Assembly: GCA_047638595.1 (NCBI GenBank)
Contig: JBLIMJ010000003.1
Location: 11,710 to 75,709, forward strand
Direction: 5' to 3'
Length of the DNA stretch: 64,000 nucleotides
Origin: Acidimicrobiales bacterium
GTDB taxonomy: Bacteria > Patescibacteriota > Minisyncoccia > Phycocordibacterales > UBA918
The notes under the pieces were generated by a model, which saw nothing but the letters and a program-made list of their open reading frames with translations, did no database searches and was not told the DNA's origin. Of this stretch, positions 9,801 through 17,845 are shown in pieces. The position numbers were made by a program, and so were the translations under genes. Position 1 is the first letter of the stretch. Each line of letters begins with the position of its first letter.

Positions 9801-10538
9801 TTCTCGCTCTGTTTCAAGACGTTCACACAGTACCTTCAGGTCAATATTTTTGAAAAGTTCAAAGATAGATTCTGCCCCAATACGTGCTTCAAAGAGTGTT
9901 GAATACTTTACTGAGAACTTATGGAAGTTTGTTTCATCAAGTACTGCACCTTGTTTAACTGATTCAATTTCTTTCTTCGTTTCAGTCATTCGATCTTTAA
10001 GAGCTGTCCGAGCATCTTCGTTTTGTAGTTCAGCGAGTTTCGTTTTATATTCAGTATCAAGTTCTTTCAAAAGTCGTGTACGTTCATCTTCTGCTACTTT
10101 TGTAATGATGTACCCTGCGAAGTAGATAACTTTTTCTACTGACGCAGCAGTTAAACCAAGAATCAATGCGATACGACTTGGTACTCCACGTAAGAACCAG
10201 ATATGTGACACCGGTACACAAAGTTCAATGTGTCCCATTCGTTCACGTCGTACGATTGCTCGTGTAACTTCTACTCCACATTTTTCACATTCAATACCCT
10301 TGTATCGAATACCACGATACTTCTTACAGGAACATTCAAAGTCCTCAACTGGGCCGAAAATTCGCTCATCGAACAAACCATATTTTTCAGGACGTTGTGT
10401 TCGGTAGTTGATAGTCTCTGGCTTTGTAACCTCACCATGTGACCAATCAAGAATACGTTCAGGTGAAGCAAGCTTGAGGCTGACTTCGCTGAATGGAGTC
10501 GGTGCTCCTCGTTTTTGTTTATTTGGATTCATAGACAA
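6867..10538 (-). CDS. rpoC: DNA-directed RNA polymerase subunit beta'
   Basis: 1223 aa. Zinc-binding N-terminus ('[20 protein letters not shown]') and '[12 protein letters not shown]' catalytic motif. Confidence 0.97.
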   Translation of the reverse strand: MSMNPNKQKRGAPTPFSEVSLKLASPERILDWSHGEVTKPETINYRTQRPEKYGLFDERIFGPVEDFECSCKKYRGIRYKGIECEKCGVEVTRAIVRRERMGHIELCVPVSHIWFLRGVPSRIALILGLTAASVEKVIYFAGYIITKVAEDERTRLLKELDTEYKTKLAELQNEDARTALKDRMTETKKEIESVKQGAVLDETNFHKFSVKYSTLFEARIGAESIFELFKNIDLKVLCERLETERETAGVAERTKLDKRLNLIRGLIHANVRPEWMFLQRIPVIPPALRPMVALEGGRHASSDLNDLYRRVINRNNRLKKLIDIMAPDVILRNEKRIMQEAVDALIDNSIRHGNTAYSAMSQAQRRPLKSLSDYLKSKQGYFRQNLLGKRVDYSGRSVIVIGPELELDQCGLPKHMALELFRPFVISELLRQELAYNIRGAGRLIEDGVPEVWAILEGVIAEKHVLLNRAPTLHRQGIQAFRPVLIEGNAIQIHPLVCKAFNADFDGDQMAVHVPLSEEAQTEAREIVSANKNVLKPGSGEPVVSESLMDMALGAFWMTKEIEGAKGEGKWFASPNDAINAYDYDIVDFRAKVKVLATDTAKYAQYEGQIFETTVGRLLFNSVLPSDHRYINEVVSQRDLFAVVLDLIDDQGTEIVPSVVNKIKKFGFKYATVSGTTWGIDEVVIPPEKGAIIEKSRAEERVIIENFEEGLLSREERRRMVIEIWHRTKSELEEIIPNHMDHNGSAYDLWKSGARGSMRQIAQMVGMKGLIVNTRGETVEFPVISSMKEGMSPIEYFTTTHGSRKGLADTALQTAKAGYLTRRLFVVAQDAIITESDCKTKESTNIGRISASGIEISFAKALKGRVIAANIVDSKDNVIFKKGHLLTRRDAISVEESTCESVEVRSPMTCATLRGVCQKCYGVDLTTNALVDMGEAVGTIAAQAIGEPGTQLTMNTKHAGGTSSAGGDLTQGLPRVEEVFEKRLPKIPAIISKTAGFVTEIRTEGREKFITVAVDKTSQYAPKKSDVIEYEVNWRRVVKISKGDNVVGGQMLTDGSAYLPDLFKYGTKEQTQDYIISEVNKIYELQGVTISRKHIELIVKQMMSRVKVNASGDSHFTPGEVIEEWIFVEANNKLKAEGKEQAKADKLIMGITESSLSRKSFLSAASFQNTTRILINSAVKGSQDNLAGLMENVIIGKLIPAGSGFKGSPKYDMIQAVSKSLEK

Positions 10539-10556
10539 ATATATTATTGAGGACTA

Positions 10557-13500
10557 TTAAACGTTGTCTTCTGACTGCGCTGGTAACTCTCGCTTCAGGT
10601 CAACATCAAGGGCAAGTCCTCGGAGTTGATTTACCAGAACGTTGAATGCTGCTGGCGTGTACGGGTGACCAATTGATTCTCCTCGAACAATCGAGTCAAA
10701 TGCTGCACTTCGTCCTACGATATCGTCTGACTTAATAGTGAGCATTTCACGAAGTGTGTACGCAGCTCCGTACCCAAGAAGTGCCCATACTTCCATTTCT
10801 CCAAATCGCTGTCCACCAATCTGAGCCTTACCTCCTAATGGCTGTTGGGTAATCAGTGAGTATGGACCTATTGAACGCATATGAATCTTGTCTTCCACCA
10901 TGTGATGAAGTTTCAAGATATACATATAACCAAGTGCTGTTCTTTGTTCAAATTTTTCACCAGTACGTCCATCTCGTAATTGTAGTTTTCCGTCTCTTGG
11001 GATACCAGCTTCTTCTAATTCATCTTTGATTTCATCTTCCGTTGCAGATGCAAACGGAGGTACAATAGCCTGATATCCAAGTGAGTGAGCAGCCATACCG
11101 AGGTGTAGCTCAAGGATCTGACCAAGGTTCATACGTGATGGCACACCAAGTGGTGTCAAAAGAATATCAACTGGACGTCCATCTTCTGTATAAGGCATAT
11201 CTTCTTCTGGAAGAATTCTTGAGATAACACCCTTGTTACCATGACGTCCTGCAAGCTTGTCACCTACAGATATATTTCGTACCTGTGCAACAGTGACAAG
11301 AATCTTCTTGATAACACCACTTTCTAGATTGTCTCCATTTTCACGAGAGAAAATCTTTACGCCAATTACTCGTCCTCTCTTTCCAGCCTGAAGTCGTAGT
11401 GAAGTATCTTTTACATCTTTAGCCTTTTCACCAAAGATAGATCGGAGTAATCGTTCTTCAGGAGTTAGTTGTGCTTCACCCTTTGGTGTTACCTTACCAA
11501 CAAGAATATCTCCAGGACGTACCTCTGCACCTACACGGATAATTCCGTTTTCGTCGAGGTTCCGAAGTTTCATTTCTGACACATTTGGGATATCTGGAGT
11601 TGTTACTTCAGGTCCAAGCTTTGTGTCTCGTACAGACACATCGAGTTCATCCAGGTGAATAGAAGCAAACTTACTTTTCTTCACAAGGCGTTCTGAAATA
11701 ATAATCGCATCCTCATAGTTCGCACCAGACCATGACATAAATGCTACCAGAGCATTTTGCCCTACCGCCATTTGACCATGATCAGTTGAGGTAGTGTCTG
11801 CAAGCAAGTCGCCTCGCAATAATTTATCTCCAACAGTTACCGCAGGTCGATGATAAAATGCTGAGAAATCGTTGGTTCGCTGGATAGTGGTCAATTCGTA
11901 TTCATCTTTCTTTCCGTCTTTTTTCTGAACTACGATGTGTGTTGCATCACATTCAATAACTTCACCAGCTTCACGGGCTACAAGAACACGTCCTGTATCT
12001 CGTGCAGCCAGTCCTTCAATACCAGTTCCTACAATCGGCGCCTCTGGGATAACACAAGGAGTCGCCTGCTTTTGCATGTTTGAACCCATCAATGTTCGGT
12101 TGGCGTCATCATGATTCAAAAATGGAATCATTGAGGTAGCCACAGAGAATGCCTGGTTGGTTGCAATATCCATGTAGTCAACATCTTTCCTTGCTACCAA
12201 TCGAGGCTCACCCTTACGACGTACTTCTACGTGATCAGGTGTAATTCTGCCCTTGCTATCTACTTCTACTGCAGCATGCGCAATAGTGAATGCTTCTTCC
12301 TCATGTGCGTTAAGATATATAATTTCGCCGGTTAAAATACCTTTCTCTACTTTTACGTATGGTGTTTCTATAATACCGAATCGGTTTACTCGAGCATACA
12401 TTGCAAGACGAAGAATCAAACCAATGTTCGGCCCTTCCGGAGTATGGATTGGGCAGAGTCGTCCGTAGTGTGATGTATGAACGTCACGCACTTCAAAACC
12501 AGCACGTTCTCGTGTCAATCCACCAGGACCAAGCGCTGAAAGTGTACGTAGCCCTTCAAGCTCTCCAAGCACGTTTTGCTGTGGCATGAACTGTGAAAGC
12601 TGGTTTGTGGTAAAGAATTCTTTAATCGCAGCCTGTAGTGGTCGTGGATTAAGAATCTGCATTGGGAGTGAGGTTTCTGCTTCAATAGTCGACATCCGGT
12701 CTTGAATGTTTCGCTTCATACGAGTCATACCAACTCGTACTCGCTGGATAGCCATTTCACCGAAGTATCGTACACGTCGAAATCCGAGGTGGTCGATATC
12801 GTCTGGCATAGCTCCAGGTGTATGGTTGAGTACCATAATGTTCCCAAGAATCAATCGGAAATCCTCAAGTGAGGTTGTTCGTTCATCGGTTGCCTTTTTA
12901 TCAACAGGCCGATCAAAACGACTATTGAAATGATGCCGTCCGATTTCTGAAAGATCGTACCGTTCAGGAGAAAAGATGGAGTTTACAAACTCCTTTGCGT
13001 TATCTACGGTCGCAAGATCACCATCTCGCAGACGTTTATAGACTTCAACATATGAATCATCAGTCGTTTTTGCTGGATCTTTTTCAAGTGTTGCTTTGAT
13101 GTACTCCTCACCTCGCTCTACATCGCTAAAGAGCTTAATCATATCTTCATCTTTCTCAACGCCTAATACGCGGAGAAGTGAAGTGATAGGCACTTTCTTC
13201 TTTCGATCAATTTTAATGTAAATGATTCCATCCGCCTCAGACTCAATTTCAATCCATGCACCACGTGCAGGAATTATTTTTGCTCCAAAGTATGTTTTAC
13301 CCTTAATGTCTTGGGACGTGAAGAAGATACCGTAACTTCGTGCAAGTTGTGGCACCACTACTCGCTCAACACCATTAATGATGAATGTTCCATGATCAGT
13401 CATCACAGGAATATCCGCCAAGAAAATTTCCTGATCCTTTGCGGAATCAAAAGTTTTGTTCTTTAAGACTACTGTTGCACGCAATGGTGCATCATACGTA

Positions 13501-13775
13501 ATCTTGTTTGCTTTAGCGTGCGCTGGAGTACATTTAGGATTACCCAGTTCGTACTTCTTAAACTGCATCTCAAACTTCTTCTCAGAGTAGTCTGTGATTG
13601 GAGAAAATTCCTTAAAGATTCCCTTGAGCCCTTCCTCAACAAACCACTTATACGAATCTCGTTGTGGCTGAATCAAATCAGGCAACTCTACCAAAGGATC
13701 TTTGGCAAGCTTGAATCGCTTCTGTGGCATTGCACCTACTGAAACATAGTCATCTGCTTTTGGATTTGTATACAT
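10557..13775 (-). CDS. rpoB: DNA-directed RNA polymerase subunit beta
   Basis: 1072 aa with conserved beta-subunit blocks. Immediately upstream of rpoC. Confidence 0.97.
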   Translation of the reverse strand: MYTNPKADDYVSVGAMPQKRFKLAKDPLVELPDLIQPQRDSYKWFVEEGLKGIFKEFSPITDYSEKKFEMQFKKYELGNPKCTPAHAKANKITYDAPLRATVVLKNKTFDSAKDQEIFLADIPVMTDHGTFIINGVERVVVPQLARSYGIFFTSQDIKGKTYFGAKIIPARGAWIEIESEADGIIYIKIDRKKKVPITSLLRVLGVEKDEDMIKLFSDVERGEEYIKATLEKDPAKTTDDSYVEVYKRLRDGDLATVDNAKEFVNSIFSPERYDLSEIGRHHFNSRFDRPVDKKATDERTTSLEDFRLILGNIMVLNHTPGAMPDDIDHLGFRRVRYFGEMAIQRVRVGMTRMKRNIQDRMSTIEAETSLPMQILNPRPLQAAIKEFFTTNQLSQFMPQQNVLGELEGLRTLSALGPGGLTRERAGFEVRDVHTSHYGRLCPIHTPEGPNIGLILRLAMYARVNRFGIIETPYVKVEKGILTGEIIYLNAHEEEAFTIAHAAVEVDSKGRITPDHVEVRRKGEPRLVARKDVDYMDIATNQAFSVATSMIPFLNHDDANRTLMGSNMQKQATPCVIPEAPIVGTGIEGLAARDTGRVLVAREAGEVIECDATHIVVQKKDGKKDEYELTTIQRTNDFSAFYHRPAVTVGDKLLRGDLLADTTSTDHGQMAVGQNALVAFMSWSGANYEDAIIISERLVKKSKFASIHLDELDVSVRDTKLGPEVTTPDIPNVSEMKLRNLDENGIIRVGAEVRPGDILVGKVTPKGEAQLTPEERLLRSIFGEKAKDVKDTSLRLQAGKRGRVIGVKIFSRENGDNLESGVIKKILVTVAQVRNISVGDKLAGRHGNKGVISRILPEEDMPYTEDGRPVDILLTPLGVPSRMNLGQILELHLGMAAHSLGYQAIVPPFASATEDEIKDELEEAGIPRDGKLQLRDGRTGEKFEQRTALGYMYILKLHHMVEDKIHMRSIGPYSLITQQPLGGKAQIGGQRFGEMEVWALLGYGAAYTLREMLTIKSDDIVGRSAAFDSIVRGESIGHPYTPAAFNVLVNQLRGLALDVDLKRELPAQSEDNV

Positions 13776-14083
13776 ATGTATATAAACGAAATTATGTGAA
13801 AAACAAATCTATAGGCACGAAAATTGAACGCTCAAAAGCGCTTATTGTCAGCCGTATTTATTTTTGCACGATTACTAATTGCATCACTTGAAAAGTGTTT
13901 TTTGTGTAAAAATCCTCCCAGATTTTTACAACCTCCTACAGAACCTACATCCCAACTCAATATCCGGCAACCGTGACTCACTCGAATAGAAAAAAGCGTT
14001 AGTGGCGGTGATTATACAGGAAATATAACATATTGCAACCAAGCTTTTTGAACATACCAGATAATATATATCCATATAACAAA

Positions 14084-14112
14084 TTACAGGGGACACCGGG
14101 TGTCCCCTGTAA
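14084..14112 (-). terminator. Intrinsic terminator after trmD
   Basis: TTACAGGGGACACC-GGGTGTCCCCTGTAA hairpin followed by a T-rich tract on the minus strand. Confidence 0.55.
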
Positions 14113-14125
14113 TGAATGTCTATGG

Positions 14126-14815
14126 TTACTTCTCCTTTTTTGCACGCCAGGCGTCTATCATTTTATGATCACCACCTAACAAAACCTCTGGAACTTTGTA
14201 TTTCTTTTTTTTGTATTCTAAAACATCGGGTCGGGTATAGGCTTCGCCGTTAGTATCTCGCTCATCTTCTAGTGATTCAAATGTACCAAGCACACCCGGG
14301 ACCTGTCGGGAGACTGCGTCAATGATACTTAGTGCTGGGAGTTCACCTCCAGTAAGGATGTAATCTCCCATGCTCACCTCTTGAGCTTTCAGTGCTTTAT
14401 TTACTCGGTAATCAATACCTTCATACCGTCCAGAGATAAGAACGACATGGTCGTATTTCTTCGCGAGGTCTTTCGCCATCTTCTGGTCGAACACTTTTCC
14501 TCGGGGAGACATAATCAACGTCTTCACTTTCTTTTCCTTCAAAGCCTTCGTCTTCCTCCCCACTGCTTTGCCCCATGCCTTAAGCACAGGTTCAGCAGCC
14601 ATGACCATACCTGGACCTCCTCCATATGGTTTATTGTCAACCTTCCTATTTTTGTCCTTCGTAAAGTCACGTGGATCATAATACTCAACAGAAATCTTCT
14701 TACCACGAACCTTTGCCCCCTTCCCCTTATCTGTTTTCTGAGCACGCCCCAAAATACTTGCGTCAGTATATGCGCGACAAACCTCTGGAAACAATGTGAT
14801 TACGTGGAAATTCAT
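14126..14815 (-). CDS. trmD: tRNA (guanine37-N1)-methyltransferase TrmD
   Basis: 'MNFHVITLFPEV...ILGRA' N-terminus and SPOUT fold signature. Carries a lysine-rich insertion. Confidence 0.9.
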   Translation of the reverse strand: MNFHVITLFPEVCRAYTDASILGRAQKTDKGKGAKVRGKKISVEYYDPRDFTKDKNRKVDNKPYGGGPGMVMAAEPVLKAWGKAVGRKTKALKEKKVKTLIMSPRGKVFDQKMAKDLAKKYDHVVLISGRYEGIDYRVNKALKAQEVSMGDYILTGGELPALSIIDAVSRQVPGVLGTFESLEDERDTNGEAYTRPDVLEYKKKKYKVPEVLLGGDHKMIDAWRAKKEK

Positions 14816-14817
14816 AG

Positions 14818-15282
14818 TTATAATTTATCTTTGTACTTTTCAATAAAAAATGGGAACTGCGAATGCATTGGTTCTGGAAATTCATCAATGGTACACCATC
14901 GTAAATCAAGACACTTGTCTGGTTCAGTGATTCTCACTTGTTCAGGGTTGATTTGCACCAAATGATCAAATTGTATCCAGTGTGTCTTCTTGCCCTCATG
15001 CTCTCGAAATACCTCTCGTGTACCAATAAACTCAATATGTAAAACATCTGCTCCACATTCTTCTTTTACTTCTTTACGTATTGTTTCATCAATAGAATCA
15101 CCAAACTCAATTCCCCCACTTCCAATAGGATCCCATCGATTGTGTTCATCCCGGCATTTATCGCTACGCAAACCGAGCAAGTACCGACCTTGACCATCAT
15201 GACATAGCGTCACTGCTGCATTACCTATGTAATCTAACCCCTTTATCATCCAGACATCGTAGCATGAAAGTAAACTGTTCAA
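14818..15282 (-). CDS. NUDIX hydrolase
   Basis: Nudix box 'GGIEFGDSIDETIRKEVKEECG'. Confidence 0.85.
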   Translation of the reverse strand: MNSLLSCYDVWMIKGLDYIGNAAVTLCHDGQGRYLLGLRSDKCRDEHNRWDPIGSGGIEFGDSIDETIRKEVKEECGADVLHIEFIGTREVFREHEGKKTHWIQFDHLVQINPEQVRITEPDKCLDLRWCTIDEFPEPMHSQFPFFIEKYKDKL

Positions 15283-15295
15283 TACTCAAGACCTA

Positions 15296-15424
15296 AACTA
15301 TAGCGGTTAACCGCTATAGTTCCTCAGTCAGTGGGAATCTCTTATCATACGATTAATCGTATGATAAGAGATTAAAGTGGCGGAACTAGTTCAACATCTC
15401 TATAGTACGGTTAACCGTATACGA
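15296..15424. promoter_or_regulatory. Cluster of three palindromes (26-bp perfect, 38-bp perfect, ~16-bp) between the nudix gene and the upstream gene
   Basis: P1 AACTATAGCGGTTAACCGCTATAGTT (15296-15321). P2 AATCTCTTATCATACGATTAATCGTATGATAAGAGATT (15336-15373). P3 TACGGTTAACCGTA (15406-15419). Confidence 0.6.
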
Positions 15425-15462
15425 ATTAAAAAATGGCCGAAGGTATTTTTATACAGTTCTTT

Positions 15463-16017
15463 TTAGTTGCAAGATGCTAAAGGTGGTTCGTCCTTAATTT
15501 TGCCAGCAAAGCCAGCAGAATCGACACAATACAGCGAACCATCAGTTAGTTTCGCAAATACACGATAAGTTTCAGTATCGTCTACACAATCCATCACTAG
15601 TGGATCCGTTTCAAGGCATACACCCACATATGAGTTATTGTTGTCATCATAGTGCATTTCAGCTGTTGCTCTGAGGATAGATACCTCAGACTTCGTAGCA
15701 GCGTCTTGTCCTTTGTCTCTGGCGCTATTAAGTGAACTGCTTACTATTGTTGCTAGAGCTAAAGGTATAACTATTATCAATCCTACAATCACTCCAATAA
15801 CAATAAGTACAATCTTTAAAACTGAAGGACCTTCCTTTTGTATCACTACTGGTTGTGACACAGCATTTACAGGAGGCACCCCAGAATCTACAGAAGTAAA
15901 TATCTGAACTATGAGTTCCTCCCCGTAGCCATTACTCCGCAAGGCTTCCTTGATTGCATCAGGTGTTATACCTTTCGCCAGCTCCCCTTTTACGTACTCA
16001 AATTGTTCTGGTGTCAT
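15463..16017 (-). CDS. Membrane protein with N-terminal cytoplasmic domain, one TM helix and a pilin-like C-terminal domain
   Basis: 184 aa. 'VLKIVLIVIGVIVGLIIVIPLALA' TM followed by 'SSSLNSARDKGQDAATKSEV...' and a C-terminal Cys pair. No G/FTLIE prepilin cleavage motif. Confidence 0.6.
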   Translation of the reverse strand: MTPEQFEYVKGELAKGITPDAIKEALRSNGYGEELIVQIFTSVDSGVPPVNAVSQPVVIQKEGPSVLKIVLIVIGVIVGLIIVIPLALATIVSSSLNSARDKGQDAATKSEVSILRATAEMHYDDNNNSYVGVCLETDPLVMDCVDDTETYRVFAKLTDGSLYCVDSAGFAGKIKDEPPLASCN

Positions 16018-16087
16018 ATGTATTTAGTCTACCAGTAAATAAGTACTAAACATCTGTTTATTAACAAAAAAGTGTTCTAGATAAAAC

Positions 16088-16115
16088 AAAAACGGCCGAA
16101 GGCCGTTTTTGTTTT
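16088..16115. terminator. Bidirectional intrinsic terminator
   Basis: AAAAACGGCC-GAA-GGCCGTTTTTGTTTT. Confidence 0.7.
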
Positions 16116-16159
16116 AGTCACTCCTCTTCATCATTTGAAGAATAGAAATGAGATGAAAT

Positions 16160-16241
16160 ACGAGGCGCGTGAGGAAAATAATGTGAGACGTACATTGAGT
16201 ACGTTGAACATTATTTTACCGAACTGCAACGAAGTAGTTCG
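16160..16241 (-). repeat. Conserved ~80-nt palindromic 3'UTR repeat, copy B (after khpA stop)
   Basis: Aligns with copies A and C. Flanked by the short inverted repeat TTTGAAGA / TCTTCAAA. Confidence 0.8.
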
Positions 16242-16246
16242 CTCGT

Positions 16247-16624
16247 TTATATCTTCAAATCGTCGATGGCGTCGTCTAGGGACTTAGGCTCCGGCGCTAT
16301 CTCCTCCCCTACACTCATGGCTTCTCCTGTATCACTTCCGCCACCCTCTTCGGTAGCATCTGCTGTTACCACACGCCCACCTTCTGGTTCGTTAATCTTT
16401 AAATTAACTCGTGCGTCATTCTTCATTCCTACCACTCGAAGTAGTGTTCGGATAGCCTTTGCGGTATTACCTGAACGTCCAATAATCTTACCCATGTCGT
16501 CAGCATGTACATCAAGTGTAAGAAGCACACCCATCTCATCTACTGTTCGATTAACTTTTACGCTGTCTGGGTTATCTACCAATGAAGTAACTACAATCTC
16601 TAGAAATTTCTGATCATCTTGCAT
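16247..16624 (-). CDS. khpA: KH-domain RNA-binding protein (KhpA/YlqC family) with acidic C-terminal extension
   Basis: 'GKIIGRSGNTAKAIRTLL' KH GxxG motif. Sits in the conserved position between rpsP and trmD. Confidence 0.8.
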   Translation of the reverse strand: MQDDQKFLEIVVTSLVDNPDSVKVNRTVDEMGVLLTLDVHADDMGKIIGRSGNTAKAIRTLLRVVGMKNDARVNLKINEPEGGRVVTADATEEGGGSDTGEAMSVGEEIAPEPKSLDDAIDDLKI

Positions 16625-16703
16625 ATGCGTTTAGAACTAAGTCTGATAAGCGTACACTTTTAGTGTTGCTATCATCAATAGTACGAAAGGTTTGACCAGA
16701 CGT

Positions 16704-16743
16704 CAACAGGCACATATGTACATTCGTACATATGTGCCTGTTG
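16704..16743 (-). other. 18-bp perfect stem-loop between rpsP and khpA
   Basis: CAACAGGCACATATGTAC-ATTC-GTACATATGTGCCTGTTG. No U-tract follows on the minus strand. Confidence 0.5.
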
Positions 16744-16756
16744 ATTCCAATTCAGC

Positions 16757-17296
16757 TTACGCTTTATCTTCCTCTGTTTTTGCTTCTTCTGCTGGAATTT
16801 CTGATTTTACTTCAGCTTTAGGTTCCTCTGGAGTTTCCTCAGCAGGAGTTTCAGATTCTTCAGGAGTTTCCACAGCTTCAAGAACTGATTCTTCTTCTTT
16901 AGTTTCTTCAGCTGGAGTTTCTTCTGCTACTTCTTCTACAGGAGCTTCAGCCTCTGCTTTTGCTGCTTCTTCAGCAGCTTCCTCTTCTTCCTTCTTTTTT
17001 GCAAGGGCTTCTTCGTCTACAATAGGTGATTTCCGCGGAAGAGGGTTAATAGTCTTCGCATCAATCACTTTTTGTTTAACGAGAATGTTGTGCACGGTAT
17101 CTGAAGGCTGCACACCCTTTGAAAGCCAATCTGTAGCCGCCTCCGCATCAAGCTGAATGTGGCTCATCTTTGGATTGTAAGATCCAATGATTGCTACATG
17201 CTTGTTACTCTTGGGACCAGTTCGCTTATCAGTCACCACAATACGATAACTAGGATCGTTTTTGCGGCCGACTCGTTGTAATCTCATCATTAACAT
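16757..17296 (-). CDS. rpsP: 30S ribosomal protein S16 with long E/A/K-rich C-terminal tail
   Basis: 'MLMMRLQRVGRKNDPSYRIVVTDKRTGPKSNKHVAIIGSYNP' is a canonical S16 N-terminus. Start at ATG 17296. The upstream extension in the ORF track is probably spurious. Confidence 0.9.
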   Translation of the reverse strand: MLMMRLQRVGRKNDPSYRIVVTDKRTGPKSNKHVAIIGSYNPKMSHIQLDAEAATDWLSKGVQPSDTVHNILVKQKVIDAKTINPLPRKSPIVDEEALAKKKEEEEAAEEAAKAEAEAPVEEVAEETPAEETKEEESVLEAVETPEESETPAEETPEEPKAEVKSEIPAEEAKTEEDKA

Positions 17297-17439
17297 ATAA
17301 ATATAAAATTTATACAAATTTCGCTCGTTCGGACATGGATAAATAAATTTACCCGCGTCACTCACTTGCTCATTTGTAACGGTCGCAACAATACTACATA
17401 TACATGTCTTTGGCAACATATATAAGCCTCTATAAAAAC

Positions 17440-17610
17440 AACAGCCCAAACTGAGGGCTGTAAACGGCATTGTATTCCACCTGAAGGTACTCAATCCAGA
17501 CGGATTAGGTAATGCTCTATAACATAAACGTTTCAGTCAAGGTACGCGGTTGCTGCCGCGCCGTAACCTACTTTATTCAAGAAATATTACTATTACCTAA
17601 TCCGCCCCAA
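17440..17610 (-). ncRNA. Candidate small RNA: 13-bp inverted repeat enclosing a GC-rich core, ending in a hairpin plus U-tract
   Basis: Arms CGGATTAGGTAAT (17511-17523) and ATTACCTAATCCG (17592-17604). Hairpin CAGCCC-AAACTGA-GGGCTG (17442-17461) followed by TTGTTTTTAT on the minus strand. No plausible CDS. Confidence 0.35.
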
Positions 17611-17845
17611 CAGGGAGAACATCTAACACCACAGGAAGAGAAGATGTTAAATGGCAATCTTCGTAATCAAAACAATGAACTTCTTTACCGCATCTGCTAT
17701 ACGGTGAATCGTCACCGCTTCAAACACGAAAAGTATTTTTAGTGTATACCTTTTAGACTAAATTTCATACTCCTCAGTGCATAATTAAAATAGAAAGATA
17801 GTATTGTCAAATCTCTCTCTTCACGGTACACTGCGCACCATATAT

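Noticed and set aside
6901-13742. Many 60-125-aa ORFs on the plus strand inside rpoC/rpoB (for example 7405-7779, 9751-10125, 12253-12468).
   Set aside because: They are antisense shadow ORFs within highly conserved RNA polymerase genes. They have low-complexity translations and no independent signals.
14381-14965. 194-aa ORF antisense to trmD and the nudix gene.
   Set aside because: It overlaps two well-supported genes on the other strand. The translation is not protein-like.
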